64,000 nt of DNA from contig JAGGXD010000012.1 in assembly GCA_021163295.1 (NCBI GenBank), positions 65 to 64,064 on the forward strand, read 5' to 3'. Every line of letters starts with the position of its first letter. The stretch's first letter is position 1. This document shows, in pieces, positions 55,025-64,000 of this stretch. Below the pieces are notes generated by a model that did not search any database, was not told the DNA's origin, and saw only the letters and a program-made list of their open reading frames with translations. Both the position numbers and the translations under genes were made by a program. This DNA is from Bacteroidales bacterium. GTDB lineage: Bacteria; Bacteroidota; Bacteroidia; Bacteroidales; VadinHA17.

Positions 55025-56497
55025 ATGTTTGGAATGGTAAAATTAAAAAACATATTACACGAAGTAAATATTCTGAAAATATCAGGTCCCCGGGAACTTG
55101 TGGTTAATCAATTACAATTTGACTCCAGAGAGGTTAAACCGGGTGATATTTTTTTTGCTGTTATTGGTACAAATACAGATGGCCACAAGTATATACCGGC
55201 GGCTGTTAATAATGGAGCATCTGTAATTGTTTGTGAAAAAATTCCGGTTAAGACAAGTGAAAAAGCAACTTTCATACTGGTAAATAATACTGCCATTGCT
55301 TTAGGCAGGATAGCTGCAAATTTTTTCGGGAATCCTACCGGGAAACTCAAACTTATTGGAGTAACAGGTACAAATGGTAAAACGACAATTGTTCATCTTC
55401 TCTATAATCTTTTCACGGGAGCAGGAAAGAGATCAGGTTTAATATCTACTACCGGAAACATAATTGTTGAAAAGGAGAAACCCGCTACCCATACAACTCC
55501 TGATATCTTACAAATAAACCGGTTGCTTTCAGAAATGGTTAAAAATAAATGCGAATATGCCTTTATGGAAGTTAGCTCTCATGCTCTTGATCAATACCGT
55601 ACAGCCGGGCTTATTTTTAAAGGAGGAATTTTTACCAATATTACTCATGATCATCTTGACTACCATAAAAGTTTCAGGCAGTATTTAAATGCTAAAAAGA
55701 AATTTTTTGATGATCTGAGTAAAGATGCTTTTGCTTTGATAAATTCAGATGACAGGAATGCTAAGATAATGGTACAAAACTGTAACGCAGATATCACCTC
55801 TTATGCTCTTAGGTCTGTTGCAAATTTCAAAGGTAAAATAATTGAAAGTTTACAGGAAGGTACACTAATAAAAATTGATAACCAGGAAGTATGGAGCAGG
55901 CTTGTTGGGGAGTTTAATGTTTATAATCTTCTTGCTGTTTATGGTGCTTCATATCTCCTTGGCTTGAAAAAAGATGAACTTATTAGATTGATTAGCGAAT
56001 CTGAACCGGTACCGGGCCGGTTTGAGATCATCAGGTCGAAAGGCGGTGTGACTGCTGTAGTTGATTATGCGCATACTCCTGATGCCCTGGAGAATATTTT
56101 AAAAACACTTGGAAAAATAAAAAAACAAAAAAAGCAATTAATAACTGTAGTTGGGGCAGGGGGTGACCGGGATAAGTCGAAACGGCCGGTAATGGCTGGT
56201 ATTGCTGTTAGTAAATGTGACAAGGTGATACTTACATCTGATAATCCCCGGACAGAAAATCCGCAAAAGATCATTGATGATATGTATAAAGGTGTGGAAA
56301 AGAATGAGAAAAGAAAAGTATTGATCCTGGTTGACAGAAAAGAAGCTATAAAAATTGCTTGTATGCTGGCAGAAAAAGATGATATAATCCTTATTGCCGG
56401 GAAAGGTCATGAAACATACCAGGAGATAAAAGGTGTAAAATATCATTTTGATGACAGAGAAGTGGTTGCCGAAATGTTTGATGTTTTAGCAATGTAA
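55025..56497 (+). CDS. murE: UDP-N-acetylmuramoyl-L-alanyl-D-glutamate--2,6-diaminopimelate ligase
   Basis: 490 aa with GVTGTNGKTT and the DNPR motif (LTSDNPRTE), which indicates meso-DAP. Confidence 0.93.
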   Translation: MFGMVKLKNILHEVNILKISGPRELVVNQLQFDSREVKPGDIFFAVIGTNTDGHKYIPAAVNNGASVIVCEKIPVKTSEKATFILVNNTAIALGRIAANFFGNPTGKLKLIGVTGTNGKTTIVHLLYNLFTGAGKRSGLISTTGNIIVEKEKPATHTTPDILQINRLLSEMVKNKCEYAFMEVSSHALDQYRTAGLIFKGGIFTNITHDHLDYHKSFRQYLNAKKKFFDDLSKDAFALINSDDRNAKIMVQNCNADITSYALRSVANFKGKIIESLQEGTLIKIDNQEVWSRLVGEFNVYNLLAVYGASYLLGLKKDELIRLISESEPVPGRFEIIRSKGGVTAVVDYAHTPDALENILKTLGKIKKQKKQLITVVGAGGDRDKSKRPVMAGIAVSKCDKVILTSDNPRTENPQKIIDDMYKGVEKNEKRKVLILVDRKEAIKIACMLAEKDDIILIAGKGHETYQEIKGVKYHFDDREVVAEMFDVLAM

Positions 56498-56515
56498 CTG
56501 AATTGAAAAAGGAAT

Positions 56516-57661
56516 ATGTTTTATTATTTATTCGAATATCTTGAAAGCCTGGATGTACCTGGAGCGGGCATGTTTCAGTATATTTCTTTCCGGTCTGCAA
56601 TGGCAATAATTACCTCTCTCGTCATTTCATTGTTGTTCGGGAAACGAATTATATTGTATCTGCAGAAGAAACAAATTGGGGAAGTGGTAAGGGACCTTGG
56701 ACTGGAAGGCCAGTATCGCAAAGTTGGTACTCCTTCCATGGGCGGTATTATTATCCTGTCATCAACTGTTATTCCAACCCTCCTGTTTGGTGACCTGGGG
56801 AATATATATGTTATTCTGATGCTTATTACTACCATCTGGCTCGGGTTTGTTGGTTTTATTGATGATTATATTAAAATCTTTAGAAAAAGCGAGGAAGGAC
56901 TTGCCGGAAAATTTAAGATTTTGGGACAGATAATTCTGGGACTAATAGTTGGTATAACTCTTTATCTGAATGATGATGTTAAAAGTACTATCACAACAAT
57001 CCCTTTTATAAAGAATAACGAGTTTGATTATGCATACCTGGTCTCTTTTCTTGGCGAAAATAGTGCACAGTGGGGTTGGGTTATATTTATTTTTGTAACC
57101 ATTTTTATTGTTACCGCGGTTTCCAATGGAGCAAATCTTACTGATGGACTTGACGGATTGGCTACAGGTACATCGGCAATTATTGGAACAACCTTGGGGA
57201 TATTGGCATATCTGTCAGGTAATATAATATATGCTGATTATTTGAATATTATGTATATCCCCAATACGGGCGAGTTAGTAATTTTCGCAAGTGCGTTTAT
57301 CGGTGCTACAATTGGATTTCTCTGGTATAACTCCTATCCTGCCCAGGTCTTTATGGGGGATACCGGCAGTCTTCCGCTGGGTGGTATAATAGCAGTTTTT
57401 GCAATCCTGATACGAAAGGAACTGCTGATCCCTATCCTTTGCGGTATATTCCTGGTAGAAAGTGTGTCTGTGTTAATTCAGGTAAGTTTTTTCAAACGGA
57501 CTAAAAGGAAATACGGAAAGGGTAAACGGGTTTTTCTTATGACACCTATTCATCATCATTATCAGAAAAAAGGATATCCTGAACCAAAAATCGTTACCCG
57601 GTTCTGGATTATTGCAATCTTGCTGGCTGTTATAACTATTGTTACGTTGAAAATCAGATAA
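56516..57661 (+). CDS. mraY: Phospho-N-acetylmuramoyl-pentapeptide transferase
   Basis: 381 aa polytopic protein with [17 protein letters not shown] and PIHHH motifs. Confidence 0.95.
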   Translation: MFYYLFEYLESLDVPGAGMFQYISFRSAMAIITSLVISLLFGKRIILYLQKKQIGEVVRDLGLEGQYRKVGTPSMGGIIILSSTVIPTLLFGDLGNIYVILMLITTIWLGFVGFIDDYIKIFRKSEEGLAGKFKILGQIILGLIVGITLYLNDDVKSTITTIPFIKNNEFDYAYLVSFLGENSAQWGWVIFIFVTIFIVTAVSNGANLTDGLDGLATGTSAIIGTTLGILAYLSGNIIYADYLNIMYIPNTGELVIFASAFIGATIGFLWYNSYPAQVFMGDTGSLPLGGIIAVFAILIRKELLIPILCGIFLVESVSVLIQVSFFKRTKRKYGKGKRVFLMTPIHHHYQKKGYPEPKIVTRFWIIAILLAVITIVTLKIR

Positions 57662-57666
57662 TTACA

Positions 57667-59022
57667 ATGTCAGAAAACAAAAAATATGAAAAAATTGTAG
57701 TGCTTGGTGCCGGGGAGAGCGGTACAGGAGCTGCAATACTGGCACTTAAGAAAGGGCTGGATGTTTTCGTATCTGATAATGGGGAAATAAAAGATAAATA
57801 TAAAAAGTTGCTTAATAATTACCGGATAGAATATGAAGAGAAAAAACATTCGCAGGAAAAGATCCTCCTGGCAGATGAAGTGATAAAAAGCCCGGGTATT
57901 CCTGATGATATTGAGCTAATAAGTAAACTAGAGAAAAAACAAACGCCGGTAATCTCCGAGATTGAATTTGCAGGGAGATATACCAGTGCTACAAAAATAT
58001 GTATTACAGGCAGCAATGGTAAAACTACTACAACTTTCCTGATATTCCATATGATGAAAAAAGCAGGGTTGAATGTTGGGATGACAGGAAATGTAGGGAA
58101 TAGCCTTGCAAAGCAAGTGGCGACAGAAGATCATGATTATTATGTGATTGAATTAAGCAGTTTTCAGTTGGATAATATGTACAATTTCAAAGCAGATATA
58201 GCTGTGCTGATGAATATTACGCCCGACCATCTTGACAGGTACGGATATGACTTTGACAGATATGTGGATTCGAAATTCAGAGTAATACGGAACCAGGGGA
58301 AAAATGACTCTTTTATTTTTTGTGGTGACGATGAGATAATACTCAGGGAATTGAAAAAAAGGGAGATAACAGGGAATTTACTTTCCTTTTCTCTTGATAA
58401 ATCAGAAAACCAGGCATCTTTTATTCAAAACAATATGATACATACAAAAACAGATAAAAACAAGACGATGAAAATGACAATTGATGAATTAGCCTTACAA
58501 GGGAAACACAATATTTATAATTCCATGGCTGCAAGTATTGCCGGCCAGGTATTACATATCAGGAAAGAAACTATTAGGGAAAGCCTGAGTGATTTTCAGG
58601 GTGTGGAACATCGTTTGGAACCTTTTATTAAGGTGCATGGGATATGGTTTGTTAACGATTCTAAGGCAACTAACGTAAATTCAACATGGTATGCTCTTGA
58701 AAGCATGAAAACGCCGGTGGTTTGGATTGTTGGCGGAATTGATAAAGGAAACGATTATTCCGGGCTTACCACATTGGTTAAAGAAAAAGTAAAGGCTATT
58801 ATATGCCTGGGGAAAGATAATTCAAAGATACATAAGGCTTATGATGAAATAGTTGCCGATGTTGTTGATTCGGGTTCAATGGAAGAAGCTGTGCGTACTT
58901 CATATTATTATGGAAAAAAAGGAGATACAGTTTTGCTTTCTCCGGCATGTGCTAGTTTCGATTTGTTTGATAACTATGAGGATCGTGGAAGACAATTTAA
59001 GAAAGCAGTAAGGAATTTGTAA
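57667..59022 (+). CDS. murD: UDP-N-acetylmuramoylalanine--D-glutamate ligase
   Basis: 451 aa with VLGAGESG, ITGSNGKTTT and DSKATN motifs. Confidence 0.93.
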   Translation: MSENKKYEKIVVLGAGESGTGAAILALKKGLDVFVSDNGEIKDKYKKLLNNYRIEYEEKKHSQEKILLADEVIKSPGIPDDIELISKLEKKQTPVISEIEFAGRYTSATKICITGSNGKTTTTFLIFHMMKKAGLNVGMTGNVGNSLAKQVATEDHDYYVIELSSFQLDNMYNFKADIAVLMNITPDHLDRYGYDFDRYVDSKFRVIRNQGKNDSFIFCGDDEIILRELKKREITGNLLSFSLDKSENQASFIQNNMIHTKTDKNKTMKMTIDELALQGKHNIYNSMAASIAGQVLHIRKETIRESLSDFQGVEHRLEPFIKVHGIWFVNDSKATNVNSTWYALESMKTPVVWIVGGIDKGNDYSGLTTLVKEKVKAIICLGKDNSKIHKAYDEIVADVVDSGSMEEAVRTSYYYGKKGDTVLLSPACASFDLFDNYEDRGRQFKKAVRNL

Positions 59023-59026
59023 AAAT

Positions 59027-60184
59027 ATGGGTGAAAAGATAAATAAATATCTGAAAGGTGATCCGATTATCTGGGGTGTTATTATTGTCCTGAGTATATT
59101 TTCACTCCTGGCAGTATATAGTGCAACCAGTACGCTGGCTATGCACAAGATGGGCGGTAATTCATTGTATTACCTGATTCGTCATGGCGTGATCCTTGCC
59201 TTTGGAATAATGATCATTTTTATCACTCACCTTATCCATTATAAATACTATTCAAGATTATCTCAGTTATTGATCGGGATAGCTGTTGTTCTTTTAATAA
59301 TAACCCTGTTTCTGGGCACAAACGTTAACCAGGCTACGCGCTGGCTTACTTTACCCGGACTTGGATTTACAATTCAGACATCTGACTTTGCCAAGCTGGC
59401 TCTTATTATGTACATAGCAAGAGTATTGTCAATGAAACAGGGTGAAATTAAAAGTTTCAAAGAGGCATTTTTACCTGTCATTATACCTGTTGTAATAATT
59501 TGTGTATTAATTCTTCCTGCAAACCTGTCAACAGCTGCCTTAGTTTTCGTAATTTCATTTTTACTGATGTTTATCGGAAGGATAAGTATTAAACATCTTC
59601 TTGCTTCGGGTGGTGTAGCTGTATTGTTACTTGCACTTTTTATTACAGTCGGAACATTAGTTAAAAAAGAGGGAAGAATAAATACATGGAAGAATCGTAT
59701 AGAGAATTACTTCGAAGAGGGGGGGGGTGAAAATTACCAGAGCCAGCAGGCAAAAATTGCTATTGCAACTGGTGGATTATTCGGGAAAAATCCGGGTAAA
59801 AGTGTCCAGCGAAACTTTTTACCTAATCCATATTCCGATTTTATTTACGCAATTATCGTTGAAGAATACGGGCTGATAATCGGGGGGATCCCTATTTTAC
59901 TGGCCTACCTGTTCTTATTGTTCAGGGCCGGAGTTATTGTGAGAAAATGTGACCGGACATTTCCTGCATTCCTTGCAATTGGGTTAACTCTTATGATTGT
60001 TGTTCAGGCAATGGTTAATATGTCAGTGGCAGTAGGAATATTTCCGGTAACCGGGCAGACATTGCCACTTGTTAGTATGGGTGGATCATCAATGTTGTTT
60101 ACAAGTATTGCATTTGGAATTATCTTAAGTATAAGCAGAAATTTGAACGAAACCGAACCGGATGAAGAAGAAGTTACAGCATAA
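59027..60184 (+). CDS. ftsW: SEDS-family peptidoglycan glycosyltransferase FtsW
   Basis: 385 aa polytopic protein with FTIQTSDFAKL, SDFIYAII and LPLVSMGGSS motifs. Confidence 0.9.
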   Translation: MGEKINKYLKGDPIIWGVIIVLSIFSLLAVYSATSTLAMHKMGGNSLYYLIRHGVILAFGIMIIFITHLIHYKYYSRLSQLLIGIAVVLLIITLFLGTNVNQATRWLTLPGLGFTIQTSDFAKLALIMYIARVLSMKQGEIKSFKEAFLPVIIPVVIICVLILPANLSTAALVFVISFLLMFIGRISIKHLLASGGVAVLLLALFITVGTLVKKEGRINTWKNRIENYFEEGGGENYQSQQAKIAIATGGLFGKNPGKSVQRNFLPNPYSDFIYAIIVEEYGLIIGGIPILLAYLFLLFRAGVIVRKCDRTFPAFLAIGLTLMIVVQAMVNMSVAVGIFPVTGQTLPLVSMGGSSMLFTSIAFGIILSISRNLNETEPDEEEVTA

Positions 60185-61280
60185 CAAAATTATTATCAGC
60201 GGTGGTGGTACCGGCGGACATATATTCCCGGCAATTTCAATTGCGAACGCTTTGAAATTGAAAAGGCAGGAGATTGATATTTTGTTTGTTGGAGCTGCAG
60301 GAAAAATGGAAATGAAAAAAGTGCCTGAAGCGGGTTATCCTATTGAAGGATTGCCTGTAACGGGCCTGCATAGAGGATTGTCTTTTAAAAACATCGTTTT
60401 TATTATTAATCTTTTTCGCAGTTTGTTTATTGCCGGAAGGATCATTCGCAGGTTTCAGCCCTCTGTGGTTGTAGGAGTTGGAGGATATGCCAGCGGTCCT
60501 GTTCTTTGGTACGCCTCGAAAAAAGGAATTCCTGCCTTGATTCAGGAGCAAAATTCTTATGCCGGTATAACTAATAAAATCCTGGGGAAGAAAGCGGAAA
60601 AAATTTGTGTTGCCTATGAAAATATGAATAAATATTTTCCGGAAAATAAAATAGTTTTTACCGGAAATCCGGTCAGGCAGGATCTTGATAAGCTGGAGAA
60701 GAGAAAGGAAGAGGCATTGAAATATTTCGGACTTGAGAATAAGCAGGAAATAGTACTGGTTCTTGGTGGTAGTGGAGGGGCAAGGACTATTAATGAAAGT
60801 ATTATGAAAGGCCTTGGCAGAATTAAAAATGAAAACGTATCTGTTATTTGGCAAACAGGCGAATTTTATCATAAAAAAGCAGAAGAGGCAATGTTGTTAA
60901 ATGGTGTGGGGAAAATAAAGTTATTCCCATTTATCACCCGTATGGATCTTGCTTACTCAGCTGCAGATGTAATAGTGTCAAGGGCAGGAGCGGGAACTAT
61001 TTCTGAATTGTACCTTGTAGGAAAACCGGTTATACTTGTGCCTTCCCCAAATGTTGCAGAGGATCATCAGACAAAAAACGCACAGGTACTGGTGAAAAAC
61101 AGGGCTGCTATTATAGTGAAAGATAGTGAGGCAGGAGAATCATTGTTGAATACAGTTTTGGAATTATCTGCTGATAAGAAAGAGAAAGAGTTATTATCAT
61201 TAAATATCAGAAAAATGGCTGTAAAAAATTCAGCTGACATGATTGCGGATGAAGTGCTTAAATTGATGAATATTAATTAA
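60162..61280 (+). CDS. murG: Undecaprenyldiphospho-muramoylpentapeptide beta-N-acetylglucosaminyltransferase
   Basis: 372 aa with GGGTGGHIFPA and SRAGAGTISE motifs. Confidence 0.93.
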   Translation: MKKKLQHNKIIISGGGTGGHIFPAISIANALKLKRQEIDILFVGAAGKMEMKKVPEAGYPIEGLPVTGLHRGLSFKNIVFIINLFRSLFIAGRIIRRFQPSVVVGVGGYASGPVLWYASKKGIPALIQEQNSYAGITNKILGKKAEKICVAYENMNKYFPENKIVFTGNPVRQDLDKLEKRKEEALKYFGLENKQEIVLVLGGSGGARTINESIMKGLGRIKNENVSVIWQTGEFYHKKAEEAMLLNGVGKIKLFPFITRMDLAYSAADVIVSRAGAGTISELYLVGKPVILVPSPNVAEDHQTKNAQVLVKNRAAIIVKDSEAGESLLNTVLELSADKKEKELLSLNIRKMAVKNSADMIADEVLKLMNIN

Positions 61281-61281
61281 T

Positions 61282-62664
61282 ATGAAACCGGACAAAATTC
61301 ACAGGGTTTATTTTATCGGTATCGGGGGTATCGGGATGAGCGCTCTTGCCAGGTATTTTATGTCCGGTGGTTTTGAAGTTGCAGGGTACGATCGTGTTGA
61401 ATCAAAACTTACTTTACAATTGTCAGCAGAAGGGAGTTTTATTCATTATGTTGATAATATAGATAAGATACCTGAAATATACAGAGATATTAATAAAAAG
61501 GAAGAAGTGTTGGTTATATATACACCTGCTGTTTCTGAGGTACATACAGAACTGATTTTTTTCAGGGATAAAGGGTTCCAGGTGCTAAAAAGAGCTGAAG
61601 TACTTGGATGGATAACCCATGAAGCTAGATGTATCGCTGTTGCCGGAACTCACGGAAAAACTACAGTTTCAACTATTATTGCTCATTTACTAAAGCAGTC
61701 GGAACTTGATTGTTCTGCCTTCCTTGGAGGGATTTCAATAAACTATAATACAAATTTTCTTCTGGGTAAAAGCGATTTGGTTGTGCTTGAAGCTGATGAA
61801 TATGACAGGTCATTCCTGCAATTATATCCATGGTTGGCAGTAGTGACAGCTACTGATGCTGATCATCTGGATATTTACGGGAGTAAAGATGAAATGGGAA
61901 AAGCTTTTGTGAAATTCATCAGACAAATAAAACCAGGAGGTATATTGCTGATAAAGAAGGGGCTATTGCTTGAATCTGAAAACCTGAATGATGTATCAAA
62001 ATATACATATGGAATTAAAGCAAATGCTGACTTCTATTGTTCAGATGTAACCATAGATGATGGGTTATACATATTTAATATTCATACACCTGTTGGAATT
62101 ATCAAAGATATACACTTTGGGTATCCCGGCAGGATGAATGTGGAAAATGCCGTTGCCGCAGTTGCAGTTCTTACATTACTTGGAGTGAAGCAGGAGACAA
62201 TTAAAAAAAGTTTGTTAAATTTTTCCGGTGTCAGACGCAGGTTCGAAATTATTTTCAAATCTGATAAGCTGGTTTATATTGACGATTATGCACACCATCC
62301 TGAAGAACTGAAAGCATGTATAGCATCTGTAAAAGAGTTATTCCCCGGTAAATCAATAACAGGGGTGTTTCAGCCACACCTTTATTCCCGTACACAAATT
62401 TTTGCTAATGAATTTTCCGGTAGCCTTGATGAATTGGATGAGCTTATACTTTTAGATATCTATCCTGCCCGGGAAAAACCGGTCCCGGGTGTTACTTCTG
62501 AAATGATATTGCAGAAAATGAAAATAAAAAACAAACAATTAGTTAAAAAGGAAAACCTGGTTGATCTGTTGAGGAATAAGGATTTGGAGGTATTGTTAAC
62601 ACTTGGAGCAGGAGATATTGGTGAATTTGTTGAACCGGTGAAAAGAATGTTTATGAATAGATAA
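61282..62664 (+). CDS. murC: UDP-N-acetylmuramate--L-alanine ligase
   Basis: 460 aa with FIGIGGIGMSALA, GTHGKTT and DDYAHHP motifs. Confidence 0.93.
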   Translation: MKPDKIHRVYFIGIGGIGMSALARYFMSGGFEVAGYDRVESKLTLQLSAEGSFIHYVDNIDKIPEIYRDINKKEEVLVIYTPAVSEVHTELIFFRDKGFQVLKRAEVLGWITHEARCIAVAGTHGKTTVSTIIAHLLKQSELDCSAFLGGISINYNTNFLLGKSDLVVLEADEYDRSFLQLYPWLAVVTATDADHLDIYGSKDEMGKAFVKFIRQIKPGGILLIKKGLLLESENLNDVSKYTYGIKANADFYCSDVTIDDGLYIFNIHTPVGIIKDIHFGYPGRMNVENAVAAVAVLTLLGVKQETIKKSLLNFSGVRRRFEIIFKSDKLVYIDDYAHHPEELKACIASVKELFPGKSITGVFQPHLYSRTQIFANEFSGSLDELDELILLDIYPAREKPVPGVTSEMILQKMKIKNKQLVKKENLVDLLRNKDLEVLLTLGAGDIGEFVEPVKRMFMNR

Positions 62665-62671
62665 AGGAAAA

Positions 62672-63454
62672 ATGAAGCGGATCCTGAAAATATTTATGTG
62701 GGTAATTATCATAGCTTATTTAGTTGTGATTCCCGGTTTCATTGTTGACCGGTCGGGGGAAACTCCGTGTAATTTGATTGATATCAGTTTACCTGATTCG
62801 CTTTCCAGCCGGTTCGTCACGCAAGATGATATACTTAATGTTATTAATAAACTTGATAATCAGATACTTGGTTATCCAATTGGAACTCTTGATACCCGGG
62901 AAATTGAAAACCGGCTTATTTTACATCCGGCATTAAAAAAAGTAGAAGCATATAAAACAATCGAGGGCAAATTGCATATTGAGGCGATTCAAAGAGTGCC
63001 GGTTGTGAGGATCATAAATAACAAAGGGAGCAGTTTTTACCTTGATGCGGAAGGCGCAGTTGTCCCTTTTTCTGAGAAATTCACTCCAAGAGTGCTGATA
63101 GCCAGTGGTTACATTAATGAACCACCGGAGATCAGGCAAGAACTTATGATAAAAAATATTAATTCAGATAATATAATTAAACAAGCTTATGAACTGAGTT
63201 GTTACATCAGTTCACATGATTTCTGGAAAGCACAGATTGAACAGATATACGTTAATAAAAACGGAGAGTTTGAACTGGTGCCACGTGTTGGAACTTACAG
63301 AATTATTTTTGGAAGCTTTGACGAATATCAGGGAAAGTTCAGGAAACTATATGCACTGTTTGAAAAAGGTTTGAACAAGGTGGGGTGGAACAAGTATGAA
63401 ACAATTAACCTGAAATTTGACGGACAAATAGTTTGTACTAAACGTACTTATTAG
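62672..63454 (+). CDS. ftsQ: Cell-division protein FtsQ-like (POTRA-containing)
   Basis: 260 aa with an N-terminal TM helix, located between murC and ftsA. Confidence 0.75.
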   Translation: MKRILKIFMWVIIIAYLVVIPGFIVDRSGETPCNLIDISLPDSLSSRFVTQDDILNVINKLDNQILGYPIGTLDTREIENRLILHPALKKVEAYKTIEGKLHIEAIQRVPVVRIINNKGSSFYLDAEGAVVPFSEKFTPRVLIASGYINEPPEIRQELMIKNINSDNIIKQAYELSCYISSHDFWKAQIEQIYVNKNGEFELVPRVGTYRIIFGSFDEYQGKFRKLYALFEKGLNKVGWNKYETINLKFDGQIVCTKRTY

Positions 63455-63460
63455 CTTAAG

Positions 63461-63495
63461 AAAATTAAAAATTAAAAATTAAAAATTAAAAATTA
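63461..63495. repeat. Heptamer tandem repeat AAAATTA x5
   Basis: Read directly, between the ftsQ stop and the ftsA start. Confidence 0.85.
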
Positions 63496-63520
63496 TATAA
63501 CCATATTAAAATCTAATACT

Positions 63521-64000
63521 ATGAACAAAAATGACCATATCGTTGCGGCTGTTGATATTGGAACAACAAAAATTGTTACTATAGTCGGCAGGAAAAATGA
63601 GAATGGTAAAATCGAGATTTTAGGACTTAGCAAAGCTCCCTCAAAAGGTATAAAACGGGGAGTTGTCCTGAATATTGAAGAAACCGTGAATGCTATTCGC
63701 ACAACTGTAGAAGATGTTAAAAAACGTTCTGAAATAAATTTCAGCCATGTTTTTGTCGGAATTGCCGGTCAACATATCCGTAGCATGCGTAACAGAGGAT
63801 ATATTAACAGGGATTCTGTTGAAGAAGAGATAACAAGGGAGGATATTATCCGGCTGATAAAGGATATGTATAAGATCCCTATTGATGTTGGCGAGGAAAT
63901 TATTCATGTCCTGCCTCAGAATTTTATTGTTGATAATGAAACAGGCGTGAAAAATCCGGTTGGGATGAATGGCAGAAGGCTGGAAGCAAATTTCCATATT
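63521..64000 (+). CDS. ftsA: Cell-division protein FtsA, 5' portion truncated by the window edge
   Basis: Manual translation gives MNKNDHIVAAVDIGTTKIVTIVGRK...GIKRGVVLNIEETVNAIR...FVGIAGQHIRS, an actin-like ATPase N-terminus. Absent from the ORF track because it is open-ended. Confidence 0.88.
   Translation, partial: MNKNDHIVAAVDIGTTKIVTIVGRKNENGKIEILGLSKAPSKGIKRGVVLNIEETVNAIRTTVEDVKKRSEINFSHVFVGIAGQHIRSMRNRGYINRDSVEEEITREDIIRLIKDMYKIPIDVGEEIIHVLPQNFIVDNETGVKNPVGMNGRRLEANFHI

Noticed and set aside
60237-60872. 211-aa minus-strand ORF inside murG
   Set aside because: It is entirely antisense to murG, which has clear family motifs. Its composition is biased (F, N, I, R rich) and it lacks a recognisable domain.
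51127-64000. Absence of murF and ddl from the dcw cluster as an anomaly
   Set aside because: The order mraZ-rsmH-ftsL-ftsI-murE-mraY-murD-ftsW-murG-murC-ftsQ-ftsA without murF and ddl is, to my knowledge, the normal Bacteroidota arrangement. These genes are usually located elsewhere.
1-64000. Mobile elements, prophage or defence systems (integrase, transposase, restriction-modification, toxin-antitoxin, retron, CBASS-like genes)
   Set aside because: No ORF of at least 60 aa carries motifs I could assign to these classes. Every large ORF is accounted for by housekeeping, efflux, regulatory or envelope functions. Only indirect hints of horizontal acquisition were seen (the gene remnant, and composition judged by eye).

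Overview
Low-GC chromosomal window that looks Bacteroidota-type. The evidence is exact TAnnTTTG -7 boxes 20-30 nt upstream of starts, no Shine-Dalgarno sequences, an FtsL-like gene, a dcw cluster without murF/ddl, OlsB/PlsC-type lipid genes, and an HYC..CC..PP protein. Nothing was computed or searched; all calls rest on reading the ORF translations and the DNA by eye.

Layout:
- 1-14.6 kb is housekeeping: tadA, aspS, a STAS protein, an M1 peptidase, miaB, yebC, a LEA_2 lipoprotein, a tandem Usp, a SPOR protein, and two adjacent purF paralogues.
- 14.7-20 kb holds a TetR-controlled exporter module of MMPL, LolA-like protein and beta-barrel.
- 20.2-25.5 kb holds an orphan FtsX/MacB-type permease divergent from a sigma54 two-component pair.
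- 25.7-28.5 kb holds an Rrf2 regulator plus an atypical two-subunit heme-copper oxidoreductase.
- 28.5-44.8 kb is a minus-strand metal-resistance block: TolC-MFP-RND, an HMA-AraC regulator, the HYC..CC..PP protein, a CusA-like pump with TolC and CusB-like partners, a Met-rich mini-ORF, CopA and a further small ORF.
- 45-51 kb holds a gene remnant, a DUF1080-like protein, a propeller-phosphoesterase fusion, and an N-acyl amino-acid lipid gene pair.
- 51.1-64 kb is the dcw cluster from mraZ to ftsA, with ftsA truncated by the window edge.

Best candidate for something new: the Rrf2 / CuA-less subunit II / subunit I operon. In subunit I the helix-VI CuB histidine and the cross-linked tyrosine are both aspartate (FWWGLDLIADG). 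That implies a carboxylate-rich, non-copper active site, either NO-reductase-like or of novel function.

Other items worth a second look:
- two unannotated small ORFs flanking copA, one of them 14/49 Met
- duplicated 24-bp TetR-type operators
- tandem TGTTC-N7-GAACA sites with a sigma54-like promoter
- a Cys1-less PurF paralogue
- 10-bp-phased MraZ boxes
- several short tandem repeat arrays in intergenic DNA

I saw no rRNA, tRNA, CRISPR array, transposase or integrase.
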